The position numbers and the translations under genes were made by a program. Below the pieces are notes generated by a model. That model was given only the letters and a program-made list of their open reading frames with translations, did no database searches and was not told where the DNA came from. Positions 19,087 through 26,894 of a stretch of 64,000 nucleotides of DNA are shown piece after piece (position 1 is the first letter of the stretch; every line of letters begins with the position of its first letter). Source of the stretch: Bacillota bacterium (GTDB taxonomy: Bacteria; Bacillota_I; Bacilli_A; RF39; UBA660); NCBI GenBank assembly GCA_015059365.1, contig SVAO01000006.1, forward strand, positions 3,065 to 67,064, written 5' to 3'.

Positions 19087-19983
19087 ATGTATGATATTAT
19101 TATAATAGGTTGTGGCCCAGCAGGAATGACTGCAGCAATATATGCGGCTAGGGCTAATAAAAAAGTATTAATTTTAGAAAAAGAAACGATAGGGGGGCAG
19201 ATGTCATCTGCTCCTCTAATCGAAAATTATCCTGGATATAAAAATATTAGTGGTAGTGAACTTGCAACTAATATGTTTGACCAAATGATAGATTTAGGGG
19301 TTGATTTTGAACTTGAAGAGGTAAATGAAATCATTGGTGGGCCTTTAAAGAAGGTGGTTACAGATGACAATATTTATGAAACCAAAAGTGTAATCATCAC
19401 AACCGGTTCTAAATACCGTAAACTTGGATTAGAAAATGAAGATAATTTAATTGGTAAGGGAATTCATTTTTGTACTTCTTGTGATGGAATATTTTTTAAA
19501 GATAAGATTGTTGCAATAATTGGTGGTGGTAATAGTGCGGTTATTAATGCTTTAACCATGTCGGATATTTGTACTAAAGTATATATTATTCAAAATTTAG
19601 ATAAGCTAACTGCGGAAGATATTTTAATCGATAAGTTAAAACAGAAAGAAAATGTTGAAATTATTACTGGTGCCTGTGTTAAACAAATAATCGGTGATGA
19701 TAATTTAGATTCTGTCGTTGTTGAAACAAATGGCAAAGAAAATAAAATAAAGTTAGATGGGATGTTTATTTCTATTGGCTTAACTCCTCAAAGTGAAATA
19801 GTTAAAGATATTTTAAAAGTTAATAAATATGGATATATAGAATCAAATAATTGTGTAACAGATTTGGAAGGTGTTTTTGTTGCCGGTGATTGTAGAGATA
19901 AGGCGTTTAGGCAAATAACAATTGCAACTAGTGATGGAACAGTTGCTGCAACGGAAGCAATTAATTATTTGAATAATAAATAA
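19087..19983 (+). CDS. trxB: thioredoxin-disulfide reductase
   Basis: FAD GxGxxG IIGCGPAG, redox-active CTSCDG, NADPH site GGGNSA, about 300 aa. Confidence 0.88.
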   Translation: MYDIIIIGCGPAGMTAAIYAARANKKVLILEKETIGGQMSSAPLIENYPGYKNISGSELATNMFDQMIDLGVDFELEEVNEIIGGPLKKVVTDDNIYETKSVIITTGSKYRKLGLENEDNLIGKGIHFCTSCDGIFFKDKIVAIIGGGNSAVINALTMSDICTKVYIIQNLDKLTAEDILIDKLKQKENVEIITGACVKQIIGDDNLDSVVVETNGKENKIKLDGMFISIGLTPQSEIVKDILKVNKYGYIESNNCVTDLEGVFVAGDCRDKAFRQITIATSDGTVAATEAINYLNNK

Positions 19984-20014
19984 TTTTAATATACAAATAA
20001 TTTACAGTGTGGGA

Positions 20015-20043
20015 TTGACATTTTGTATCTAAAAAGTTATTAT
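20015..20043 (+). promoter_or_regulatory. sigma-A type promoter of family gene A1
   Basis: TTGACA (20015-20020), 17 nt, TATTAT (20038-20043). Confidence 0.5.
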
Positions 20044-20068
20044 TACAATAGGAGAGAGGAAGTGTTTG

Positions 20069-20681
20069 AATGCAAAGAACAAGAAATAGACAAATAATGA
20101 CTATTGCACTTATCATGGCATCAATAGTAGGACTAGGGGTAGGATTTGCAGCATTCTCTAGTTCATTAAGCATTAAATCTGGAGTATCAGTAAGCCCTGA
20201 TTCATCAACATTTAGTGTTAAGTTTTCATCAAGTGCAACAGCACAAGAAAGGAATCCCATAGAAGCAGTAACAAATCCTGAAACATTGGTCGCAAAAGAT
20301 GGGGAAATAGATGCAGTAGATGCAACTACAATAAGTAATCTATCAGTTGAATTCACCCAACCAGATCAAACAGCAACATATACGTTTTATGCAAGAAATA
20401 CAGGAGCATATTTAGCGTATTTAAATATGATTCAAGTTGGTGAAAAAACATGTACACCTGGGGATGGTGCAGATGCAGATTTAGTTGCAGCAGCATGTGA
20501 AGCGTTGAGCGTTAGTGTAAGTGTTGGAACAAATAGTGTTACAAAAACTGAAAGCATTACAAATCATACATTAGCAGCAGGAAGTAGTGAAGAGGTAATT
20601 GTAACTTTAGAATATGCGAAAGATGGAGCAAGAGCAGATGGAGCGTTTACAGTGTCATTTGGTGATATTTCATTAACATAT
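20069..20681 (+). repeat. 613-bp dispersed direct repeat (copy 1), 5' two-thirds of A1
   Basis: Aligns without gaps to 36773-37385. By eye there are roughly 15-20 mismatches, about 97 percent identity. Similarity collapses right after ...ggtgatatttcattaacatat. Confidence 0.85.
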
Positions 20682-21224
20682 TCATCATCAACTTCTAATA
20701 GTGGGAATACTATTATAGAAGGAGAATTTGATACATTTTTTAAAACATGTACGTTATTGGATGGTGGAATATATGAAGTTGGTTCAAAATATTTGTGTCA
20801 ATTTGATAATGCTGCAGTAGAATTTTATTTGTTGAGTCATGAGAAACAAGAAGATGAGTATGGCTATGGTCATAGTACAGTTTTGATAGCAGCAGAAAAT
20901 GTTGTGGATAATATCTCTTATTATGATGCAATGTCATTGTTGGATGAAACAAATGGCGATAGTAGTATACAGGGAATGTGGGGAGTTAATGGCGGAGCAG
21001 AGAGTCATCACATATACATGCCAACACTTGATGATCTTAATAGCGTAAGTACTAATGGATATGTACCATCATGGGCTCAAGGATATTATTGGTTAGAAAG
21101 TGAAAATGAAATTGTAGATGTAGTACGTGATGCAGAAATATTTGGAAGTGCGGCTTATAGGGATGAAACTGATTATGGTGTTCGACCAGTACTAAATTTA
21201 ACTTACTGGTGGTCTATTGCATAA
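20070..21224 (+). CDS. secreted/surface protein A1: TasA/SipW-type-like signal peptide, beta-rich module, conserved Cys-containing C-terminal module (YWL...GVRPV)
   Basis: N-terminus MQRTRNRQIMTIALIMASIVGLGVGFAAFSSS resembles SipW-cognate leaders (GGTxAAF[ND]D). The middle resembles the camelysin/TasA-like YTFYARNTGAYLAYL. The C-terminus shares CTLLxGxxYEVGSKYLCQF, EFY, PSWxxGYYW and GVRPVLNL with the pilin-like neighbours. Confidence 0.8.
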   Translation: MQRTRNRQIMTIALIMASIVGLGVGFAAFSSSLSIKSGVSVSPDSSTFSVKFSSSATAQERNPIEAVTNPETLVAKDGEIDAVDATTISNLSVEFTQPDQTATYTFYARNTGAYLAYLNMIQVGEKTCTPGDGADADLVAAACEALSVSVSVGTNSVTKTESITNHTLAAGSSEEVIVTLEYAKDGARADGAFTVSFGDISLTYSSSTSNSGNTIIEGEFDTFFKTCTLLDGGIYEVGSKYLCQFDNAAVEFYLLSHEKQEDEYGYGHSTVLIAAENVVDNISYYDAMSLLDETNGDSSIQGMWGVNGGAESHHIYMPTLDDLNSVSTNGYVPSWAQGYYWLESENEIVDVVRDAEIFGSAAYRDETDYGVRPVLNLTYWWSIA

Positions 21225-21229
21225 TTGTT

Positions 21230-21253
21230 AAGGGTATAAAATATACCCTTTTT
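21230..21253 (+). terminator. Rho-independent terminator after A1
   Basis: AAGGGTAT-aaaa-ATACCCTT followed by TTT. Confidence 0.65.
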
Positions 21254-21316
21254 GTGTGTGAAAAATTATTATTAATAGGTATTAAAGATAGTGGACAAAC
21301 TGTTTACAAACGTATA

Positions 21317-21345
21317 TTGACAAATTATTAATAAAGATATATTCT
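21317..21345 (+). promoter_or_regulatory. sigma-A type promoter of pilin-like gene B1 (copy of the family promoter)
   Basis: TTGACA-aattattaataaagata-TATTCT. The 70 nt up to the ATG are identical to the regions upstream of 38089 and 39182. Confidence 0.55.
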
Positions 21346-21367
21346 TAAGGAGAATAGAGGTGTAGAA

Positions 21368-22264
21368 ATGAGAAAAAATGGATTTACTTTAATAGAATTA
21401 CTTGCAGTAATAGTAGTACTTGCAATTATTACGTTAATCGCAACGCCGGTAGTGATGGATGTAATAAAAAATGTTGAGAAAGCCGCATCTGAAAGAAGTG
21501 CAGAAAATTACGTATCGTCAGTAGAAAGATTAATTATTACAGAAAGATTAGATGGTAATATAATTCAAGATGGAACATATGAAATTAATAGTGATGGAAA
21601 TCTAGTAATAAACGGAGTTGTTAAAGTTATTGAAATGAGTGGTAAAAAACCAAGTGGTGGAACAATTACTATATTAGATGGTGTAGTATCTAAAGAAAGT
21701 ACTACTACTATTACAGTTGGTAATTATGATGTTACATATGACGCTAATGGAAGATTGGTAGCAACAGAAAGTGAAGGAATTGTAATTACTGCAGCTGAAA
21801 ATCAATTCTATTGTACATTATTAAATGGTTCATCATTTGCCGTTGGTTCAAAATATTTATGTCAATTTAATAGCCAAGCAGTAGAATTTTATGTATTAGA
21901 GGCTATAGAAGCTCCAGAAGAAGATAAAGATTTGTATTCTTATACTATGAAATTAATTCCTGCACAAGATGCAAAATTCGAAGGTCTAACATTAGAACTT
22001 GATGGAATGGATTATGATGCATACGTTATAAGTGTTGCCGGTGAGTGGGGTGTTGAATATAGTCAATTAATGACACCAACATATGAACAATTATATGCAA
22101 TAAACAATTCAGAAAACTTACCGTCATGGCTTCATGGTGATTATTGGGTAAATTCGCAAAGTGGTGATGTTTATATTGTTGACAATAATTCGTTAGTATC
22201 AAATGCAGAATTAGATGGATATCATGGAATTAGACCTGTTCTTACATTTAATGTGCAACCATAG
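21368..22264 (+). CDS. modular type IV pilin-like protein B1 (prepilin leader plus shared C-terminal module)
   Basis: Class III signal MRKNG|FTLIELLAVIVVLAIITLIA (Glu at +5). C-terminal FYCTLLNGSSFAVGSKYLCQF...EFYVL...PTYEQLYAINNSENLPSWLHGDYWV...GIRPVLTF. Confidence 0.85.
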   Translation: MRKNGFTLIELLAVIVVLAIITLIATPVVMDVIKNVEKAASERSAENYVSSVERLIITERLDGNIIQDGTYEINSDGNLVINGVVKVIEMSGKKPSGGTITILDGVVSKESTTTITVGNYDVTYDANGRLVATESEGIVITAAENQFYCTLLNGSSFAVGSKYLCQFNSQAVEFYVLEAIEAPEEDKDLYSYTMKLIPAQDAKFEGLTLELDGMDYDAYVISVAGEWGVEYSQLMTPTYEQLYAINNSENLPSWLHGDYWVNSQSGDVYIVDNNSLVSNAELDGYHGIRPVLTFNVQP

Positions 22265-22566
22265 CATAGTTAATAAATTTATGTAAATATAACAAAGATA
22301 TAAAATTATTTGAAAAAGTAAAATAAAGGTGATACATAATAACATATGAATCATTTTTTATTTATTATAATTTAATAAATTGCATCAAGAGTGTAGTAAA
22401 AAAAGTATTGAATAATTAGAACACCATAGTTCAAAAATTATAAAATATTAGTTAATTATATGATTTAACTAGGGTTTAAATGATTTATTTAGTATTTGCT
22501 TTTTCTTTCATTTTTATTTTGAATATAGGTTAAATGTAAAACTATTGTTTTCCGTTTGTAATGTCC

Positions 22567-22596
22567 AAAAGTTTCATTTTTATGAAACTTTTTTAA
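22567..22596. terminator. strong bidirectional hairpin terminator
   Basis: AAAAGTTTCA-ttttta-TGAAACTTTT (10-bp stem) flanked by A-run and T-run. It lies 300 nt after the B1 stop and 50 nt before the next gene. Confidence 0.7.
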
Positions 22597-22646
22597 ATGT
22601 TTAATTTAAAAAGATAATGTGATAAAATCTATTTAGGTGGTTTTGG

Positions 22647-23117
22647 ATGGTAGAGAACAAACTTGGGATACGTAATTATAGTAAATTACAAATGATAGAA
22701 AAAGAACTTGTTTCAACAAAAATAAAACTATTAGATGAACAAGTAACTTTTAATATGGAAACTTTAAATTTGGAATTTTTAATTAAATTACATTATTTTT
22801 TATTTGGAGATATTTATTTTCAAAAAGATTTAGAGATTAGAACGATTACTGATTTGGAATATAAAAAATTAAATAAACTATTTGAACTATTAGTTCAAAT
22901 GGGGTTAGAAGGAATTGATATAAAATATAAATCATTAGAAATCATATTAAAAAAAATATGGGAATTGCAGTTATTTGGTGATGGTAATACTAGAACTGTT
23001 TTGGCTTTTTTAAAATTATATATTAAATATTATAATTTACCTTTAGAATTTGATTTTGATGTTGATATTAAATCTAGCGAAAAGATATTTGTTTTGAGAA
23101 AGTGTCAACAAAAATAA
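22647..23117 (+). CDS. Fic/DOC-family-like protein with degenerate active-site motif
   Basis: LHYFLFGDIYF resembles the Fic IHxxLFxxIYxWAG segment. The motif position reads QLFGDGNTRTVL instead of HxFx(D/E)GNGRxxR. Confidence 0.55.
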   Translation: MVENKLGIRNYSKLQMIEKELVSTKIKLLDEQVTFNMETLNLEFLIKLHYFLFGDIYFQKDLEIRTITDLEYKKLNKLFELLVQMGLEGIDIKYKSLEIILKKIWELQLFGDGNTRTVLAFLKLYIKYYNLPLEFDFDVDIKSSEKIFVLRKCQQK

Positions 23118-23172
23118 GTTGACAGAATAAAATTAATGTGATATTATTAATTTCAGATAAGGGAGGTGCTTT

Positions 23173-23457
23173 ATGGCAGTTAAATTAAGATTAAAAAGAA
23201 TGGGAGCAAAGAAAAAACCTTTCTACCGTGTTGTAGCGGCAGATTCTAGGGGTCCAAGAGATGGAAAATTTATCGAATTAGTTGGTACATATAATCCAGT
23301 TGCTGATCCAGCAGAAATCAAAATTGATGAAGAAGTAGCTATGAAATGGTTAAGAAACGGTGCTGAACCAACTGATACAGTTAGAGATCTTTTAAAACGT
23401 CAAGGAATTATTGAAAAATTCCACCAAGAAAGAATGACTAAAAAAGAAGGTAAATAA
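23173..23457 (+). CDS. rpsP: 30S ribosomal protein S16
   Basis: [26 protein letters not shown] is the canonical S16 N-terminus. GGGAGG SD. Confidence 0.95.
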   Translation: MAVKLRLKRMGAKKKPFYRVVAADSRGPRDGKFIELVGTYNPVADPAEIKIDEEVAMKWLRNGAEPTDTVRDLLKRQGIIEKFHQERMTKKEGK

Positions 23458-23459
23458 TT

Positions 23460-23702
23460 ATGAAATTAGTTGATTTAACAGAATTTCTAGTTAAAAATTT
23501 AGTTCATGATCCAGAAACAGTTTCAGTAAAACAAATAGATTCTGATGAGGAAACAATAATTGAAGTATTGGTTTCTGAGGATGAAATTGGTGCTGTTATA
23601 GGAAAAGGCGGTAATATTGCTAAGGCGATTAGAACTTTAGTATATGCTGCGGCTTATGTAAGTGGAGAAAAAAAGGTAAGAATTAATATTGATTCAATTT
23701 AA
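23460..23702 (+). CDS. KH-domain RNA-binding protein (YlqC family)
   Basis: 80 aa. GxxG loop VIGKGGNIAKAIR. Conserved position right after rpsP. Confidence 0.85.
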   Translation: MKLVDLTEFLVKNLVHDPETVSVKQIDSDEETIIEVLVSEDEIGAVIGKGGNIAKAIRTLVYAAAYVSGEKKVRINIDSI

Positions 23703-23795
23703 GAATATTAATTCTTTTTTTATGTTTTTGATGCAAAAACTAACTATTATGGTATAATTAAAGTAGATTATTAAATAATTACGAGGAGGTATGTT

Positions 23796-24596
23796 ATGAC
23801 CAAAAGATGTACTAGTGCAATAGTTATGTTAATATTTTTGATTCCACTACTTTTAGTAGGTGGAGGAATATTTAATTTTGGAGTTTATGTTGTTTCACTT
23901 TTTGCCTTGTATGAATTTATAAAAATTAAAGAAGAAAAAAAGAAAATTCCGTCATTTATTAAGTTTCTTTCATATATAATAATTACTTTACTTATTATGA
24001 CGAATTCTCAATTGAAAGATTTAACTTTTTCTATTGATTATCGGGTTTTGTCAGCGTTATTTATTTCGTTTTTGTTACCAACGGTACTATATCATAATAG
24101 AGAAAAATATAGTATTAATGATGCTTTTTATTTAATTGGTGGTATTTTATTTTTGGGAATATCAATGTCTTTATTTATTCTAATTAGAGAAAAAAGTTTG
24201 ATGTTAATGATTTATTTGATTTTAATTGCGGTTATTGCCGATACTTATGCATATATTATTGGTAGTTTGATTGGTAAACATAAATTATTAGAGGTTATTT
24301 CTCCTAAGAAAACTTGGGAAGGAATGATTGGTGGTATTATTTTTTCAATAATGTTTGGAACAACATTTTATCATTTGTTTGTTTCGGAAACAATGCCTAT
24401 TTATGTTGTTATTTTAATAACCTTATTTTTATCTATATTATCTCAGTTTGGTGATTTGGTTTTTTCTGCTATAAAGAGATATTTTGGTAAAAAAGATTTT
24501 TCTAATTTGATAAAAGGTCATGGTGGAGTTTTAGATAGGTTAGATAGTATTATTTTCGTGTTATTAGGATTTATATTTTTTATGATATTTATATAG
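23796..24596 (+). CDS. cdsA: phosphatidate cytidylyltransferase
   Basis: Multi-TM protein. CdsA signature SxxKRxxGxKDxSxxIxGHGGxLDRxDS (SAIKRYFGKKDFSNLIKGHGGVLDRLDS). Confidence 0.9.
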   Translation: MTKRCTSAIVMLIFLIPLLLVGGGIFNFGVYVVSLFALYEFIKIKEEKKKIPSFIKFLSYIIITLLIMTNSQLKDLTFSIDYRVLSALFISFLLPTVLYHNREKYSINDAFYLIGGILFLGISMSLFILIREKSLMLMIYLILIAVIADTYAYIIGSLIGKHKLLEVISPKKTWEGMIGGIIFSIMFGTTFYHLFVSETMPIYVVILITLFLSILSQFGDLVFSAIKRYFGKKDFSNLIKGHGGVLDRLDSIIFVLLGFIFFMIFI

Positions 24597-24607
24597 GAGG
24601 ATAGATT

Positions 24608-25645
24608 ATGACAATTATTTATTTTATTTTGATTTTAGGTATTATTGTTTTTATTCATGAATTAGGACATTTTATATTTGCTAAAAAAGCAGGTATTTAT
24701 GTTTATGAGTTTTCAATAGGAATGGGTCCACAACTTTTTAAATGGAAAAGAAAAAATGATGAGACAGAGTATTCTATTAGATTATTTCCAATAGGAGGAT
24801 TTGTTCAGATGGCGGGTGAAGCTGTTGAAGTCGATGAAAATGTTCCAAAAGAACAAAGAATGCAATCAAAAACATGGTTTCAAAGATTTATGACAGTTAT
24901 TGCTGGAATTATGTTTAATTTTATTTTAGCAATTATTCTTTTCTTTATTATTGGTTTAGTAAATGGTTGTCCACAAAACAAACCGTATGTTAGTTATGTT
25001 GATCCTGATGGAAATGCATATCAAGCAGGGTTAACTGAGGGAAGTTTAATTACGAAAATAGATAATGTAAAGATTAAAACTTATGACCGCTTGCTTTTAG
25101 AGTATCAAGTAAGAATAGGTCAAGATATAACTTTTGAAATAAAGGATTCAAACGGAGAGACAAAAACAGTTGTTATTACTCCTCAAGAGGTAAATGAAAA
25201 TGATAATATAACATATAAGTATGGTTTTAATCTTTCAGATAGCGTAAAAAATGGTTTTTTGAGTTCAGTAAAATACGCATTTAGTAAGACATGGTCTTTG
25301 ATAGAGCAAATGTTTTTTACAGTAGTTTATTTGTGCACTGGAAAATTAAGTTTAGGTAGTTTGTCAGGGCCTGTTGGAATATTTACAGTAGTTGGTGATG
25401 CGGCTAAAATGGGCTTTATTAACTTAGTATATTTATTAGCGTTTATTAGTGTGAATGTAGGATTTATTAATTTTTTACCACTACCTGCATTTGATGGAGG
25501 ACGTGTGTTATTTTTAATTATTGAAAAAATAATAGGGAAACCAGTTAATCCAAAAGTGGAAAATACAATTCATTCAATAGGAATGATATTATTACTATTA
25601 TTAATGGTAATAATAACTTATAATGATATTATAAAATTATTTTAG
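24608..25645 (+). CDS. rseP: RIP zinc metalloprotease RseP/RasP (site-2 protease, M50)
   Basis: HELGHF zinc motif in TM1, a central PDZ-like region, and NFLPLPAFDGG (LDG motif). Confidence 0.9.
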   Translation: MTIIYFILILGIIVFIHELGHFIFAKKAGIYVYEFSIGMGPQLFKWKRKNDETEYSIRLFPIGGFVQMAGEAVEVDENVPKEQRMQSKTWFQRFMTVIAGIMFNFILAIILFFIIGLVNGCPQNKPYVSYVDPDGNAYQAGLTEGSLITKIDNVKIKTYDRLLLEYQVRIGQDITFEIKDSNGETKTVVITPQEVNENDNITYKYGFNLSDSVKNGFLSSVKYAFSKTWSLIEQMFFTVVYLCTGKLSLGSLSGPVGIFTVVGDAAKMGFINLVYLLAFISVNVGFINFLPLPAFDGGRVLFLIIEKIIGKPVNPKVENTIHSIGMILLLLLMVIITYNDIIKLF

Positions 25646-25656
25646 TAGGTGATAAA

Positions 25657-25989
25657 ATGAAAGTAGATCATTTGGATGCTGTTTTAGAAAATTGTAAGCA
25701 TTATGATGATATAGTTGGGTATACACCTTTAGAAAATGATGAAATTACTAAAGACATGATCCGTTATTATCAGGATTATGTTTTCTTTAATTGGAATCAA
25801 TCTGAAAAAATCAAAGAAATTGATAAAATATTAAATGAATATTTAAAAAATATCCATTTTTATAAATATATTCAAATGCATTTTAATGAGGTGGGAGATT
25901 TTTTACCTATATATGACATTTTACTAAGTCTTTATAATAGGTATCAGGATGAAGCGATGAAGAAGATAAACAATACTAAGTGGATCTAG
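25657..25989 (+). CDS. hypothetical protein
   Basis: 110-aa ORF with GGTGA SD. No recognisable motif. Confidence 0.5.
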   Translation: MKVDHLDAVLENCKHYDDIVGYTPLENDEITKDMIRYYQDYVFFNWNQSEKIKEIDKILNEYLKNIHFYKYIQMHFNEVGDFLPIYDILLSLYNRYQDEAMKKINNTKWI

Positions 25990-25997
25990 GAGGAATT

Positions 25998-26894
25998 ATG
26001 TTAAAAGTAGATAAAGTTACTAAATTTTATGATGATTTTAAAGCTGTTGATAATTTGTCTTTTACTGTTAAGCCAGGTGAAATTTTTGGATTGTTAGGGG
26101 TTAATGGTTCGGGCAAAACTACAACTTTTAGAATGATTATGGGCCTTTTGGAGCCAACGAGTGGTAATATTACTTGGAATGATAAACCGATTGATTATTC
26201 TGTTACTGACAATATTGGTTTTTTAACAGAAGAAAGAAGTTTACTTACTAAAATGACAGTATTAGAACAGTGTGAATTTTATGGAACATTAAAAGGTATG
26301 TCTAATGAAAAAATAAACGAAAGATTAGATATTTTGTTAGATAAATTTGGCGTTTCAGAATATAAATATAAAAAAATAAAAGAACTATCAAAAGGAAATC
26401 AACAAAAAATCCAATTTATTACCGCTATATTAAATGAACCTAAATTGCTTATTTTAGATGAGCCTTTTTCAGGCCTTGATCCATTTAATGTTGAATTATT
26501 TAAAGAAGAAATATTAGAGATGGCTAAAAATGGGAGTATGATTATTTTTTCATCTCATCGTATGGAACATGTAGAACTTTTTTGTAAAAAGATTGTTGTG
26601 ATTATGAAAGGAAAATCTGTATTAGAAGGATATTTAACTGATATAAAAGAAAAATATCGTAAGAAAAACATTTTTATTAAAGGTAATATTGATGTAGGAG
26701 AAATATCAAATATAAAAGGGGTTGTGGAAGTAAAAAAATTACCTGATGAATATGTAGTTCAAATAGAAGATAATGATATTACAAACGAAGTGTTTAAGGC
26801 GATTAAAAATCAATATATAACAAAATTTGTTGTAGAAGAACCATCATTAAATGAAATATTCGTTTCAAAAGTAGGTGAGTCATATGAGAAGTAA
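25998..26894 (+). CDS. ABC transporter ATP-binding protein (NatA/ABC-2 type)
   Basis: Walker A GVNGSGKTT, signature LSKGNQQK, Walker B LLILDEPFSGLD. Start set at the ATG at 25998 after AGGAGG. Confidence 0.88.
   Translation: MLKVDKVTKFYDDFKAVDNLSFTVKPGEIFGLLGVNGSGKTTTFRMIMGLLEPTSGNITWNDKPIDYSVTDNIGFLTEERSLLTKMTVLEQCEFYGTLKGMSNEKINERLDILLDKFGVSEYKYKKIKELSKGNQQKIQFITAILNEPKLLILDEPFSGLDPFNVELFKEEILEMAKNGSMIIFSSHRMEHVELFCKKIVVIMKGKSVLEGYLTDIKEKYRKKNIFIKGNIDVGEISNIKGVVEVKKLPDEYVVQIEDNDITNEVFKAIKNQYITKFVVEEPSLNEIFVSKVGESYEK

Noticed and set aside
19961-20356. 131-aa minus-strand ORF, and its twin at 36755-37060 (101 aa), antisense to the A1/A2 5' regions
   Set aside because: They are duplicated only because they lie inside the 613-bp repeat. 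Composition is Ser/Thr/Ala-rich mirror-frame. They have no SD and overlap well-supported plus-strand genes, so they are antisense artefacts.
22265-22566. About 300-nt gene-free, very AT-rich stretch after B1, examined for a riboswitch, sRNA or gene remnant of the A/B family
   Set aside because: It has no conserved-looking structure, no similarity to the 3' flanks of A2/B2/B3, and only tiny ORFs (for example MKEKANTK on the minus strand). The only clear element is the hairpin at 22567-22596, which is reported as a terminator.
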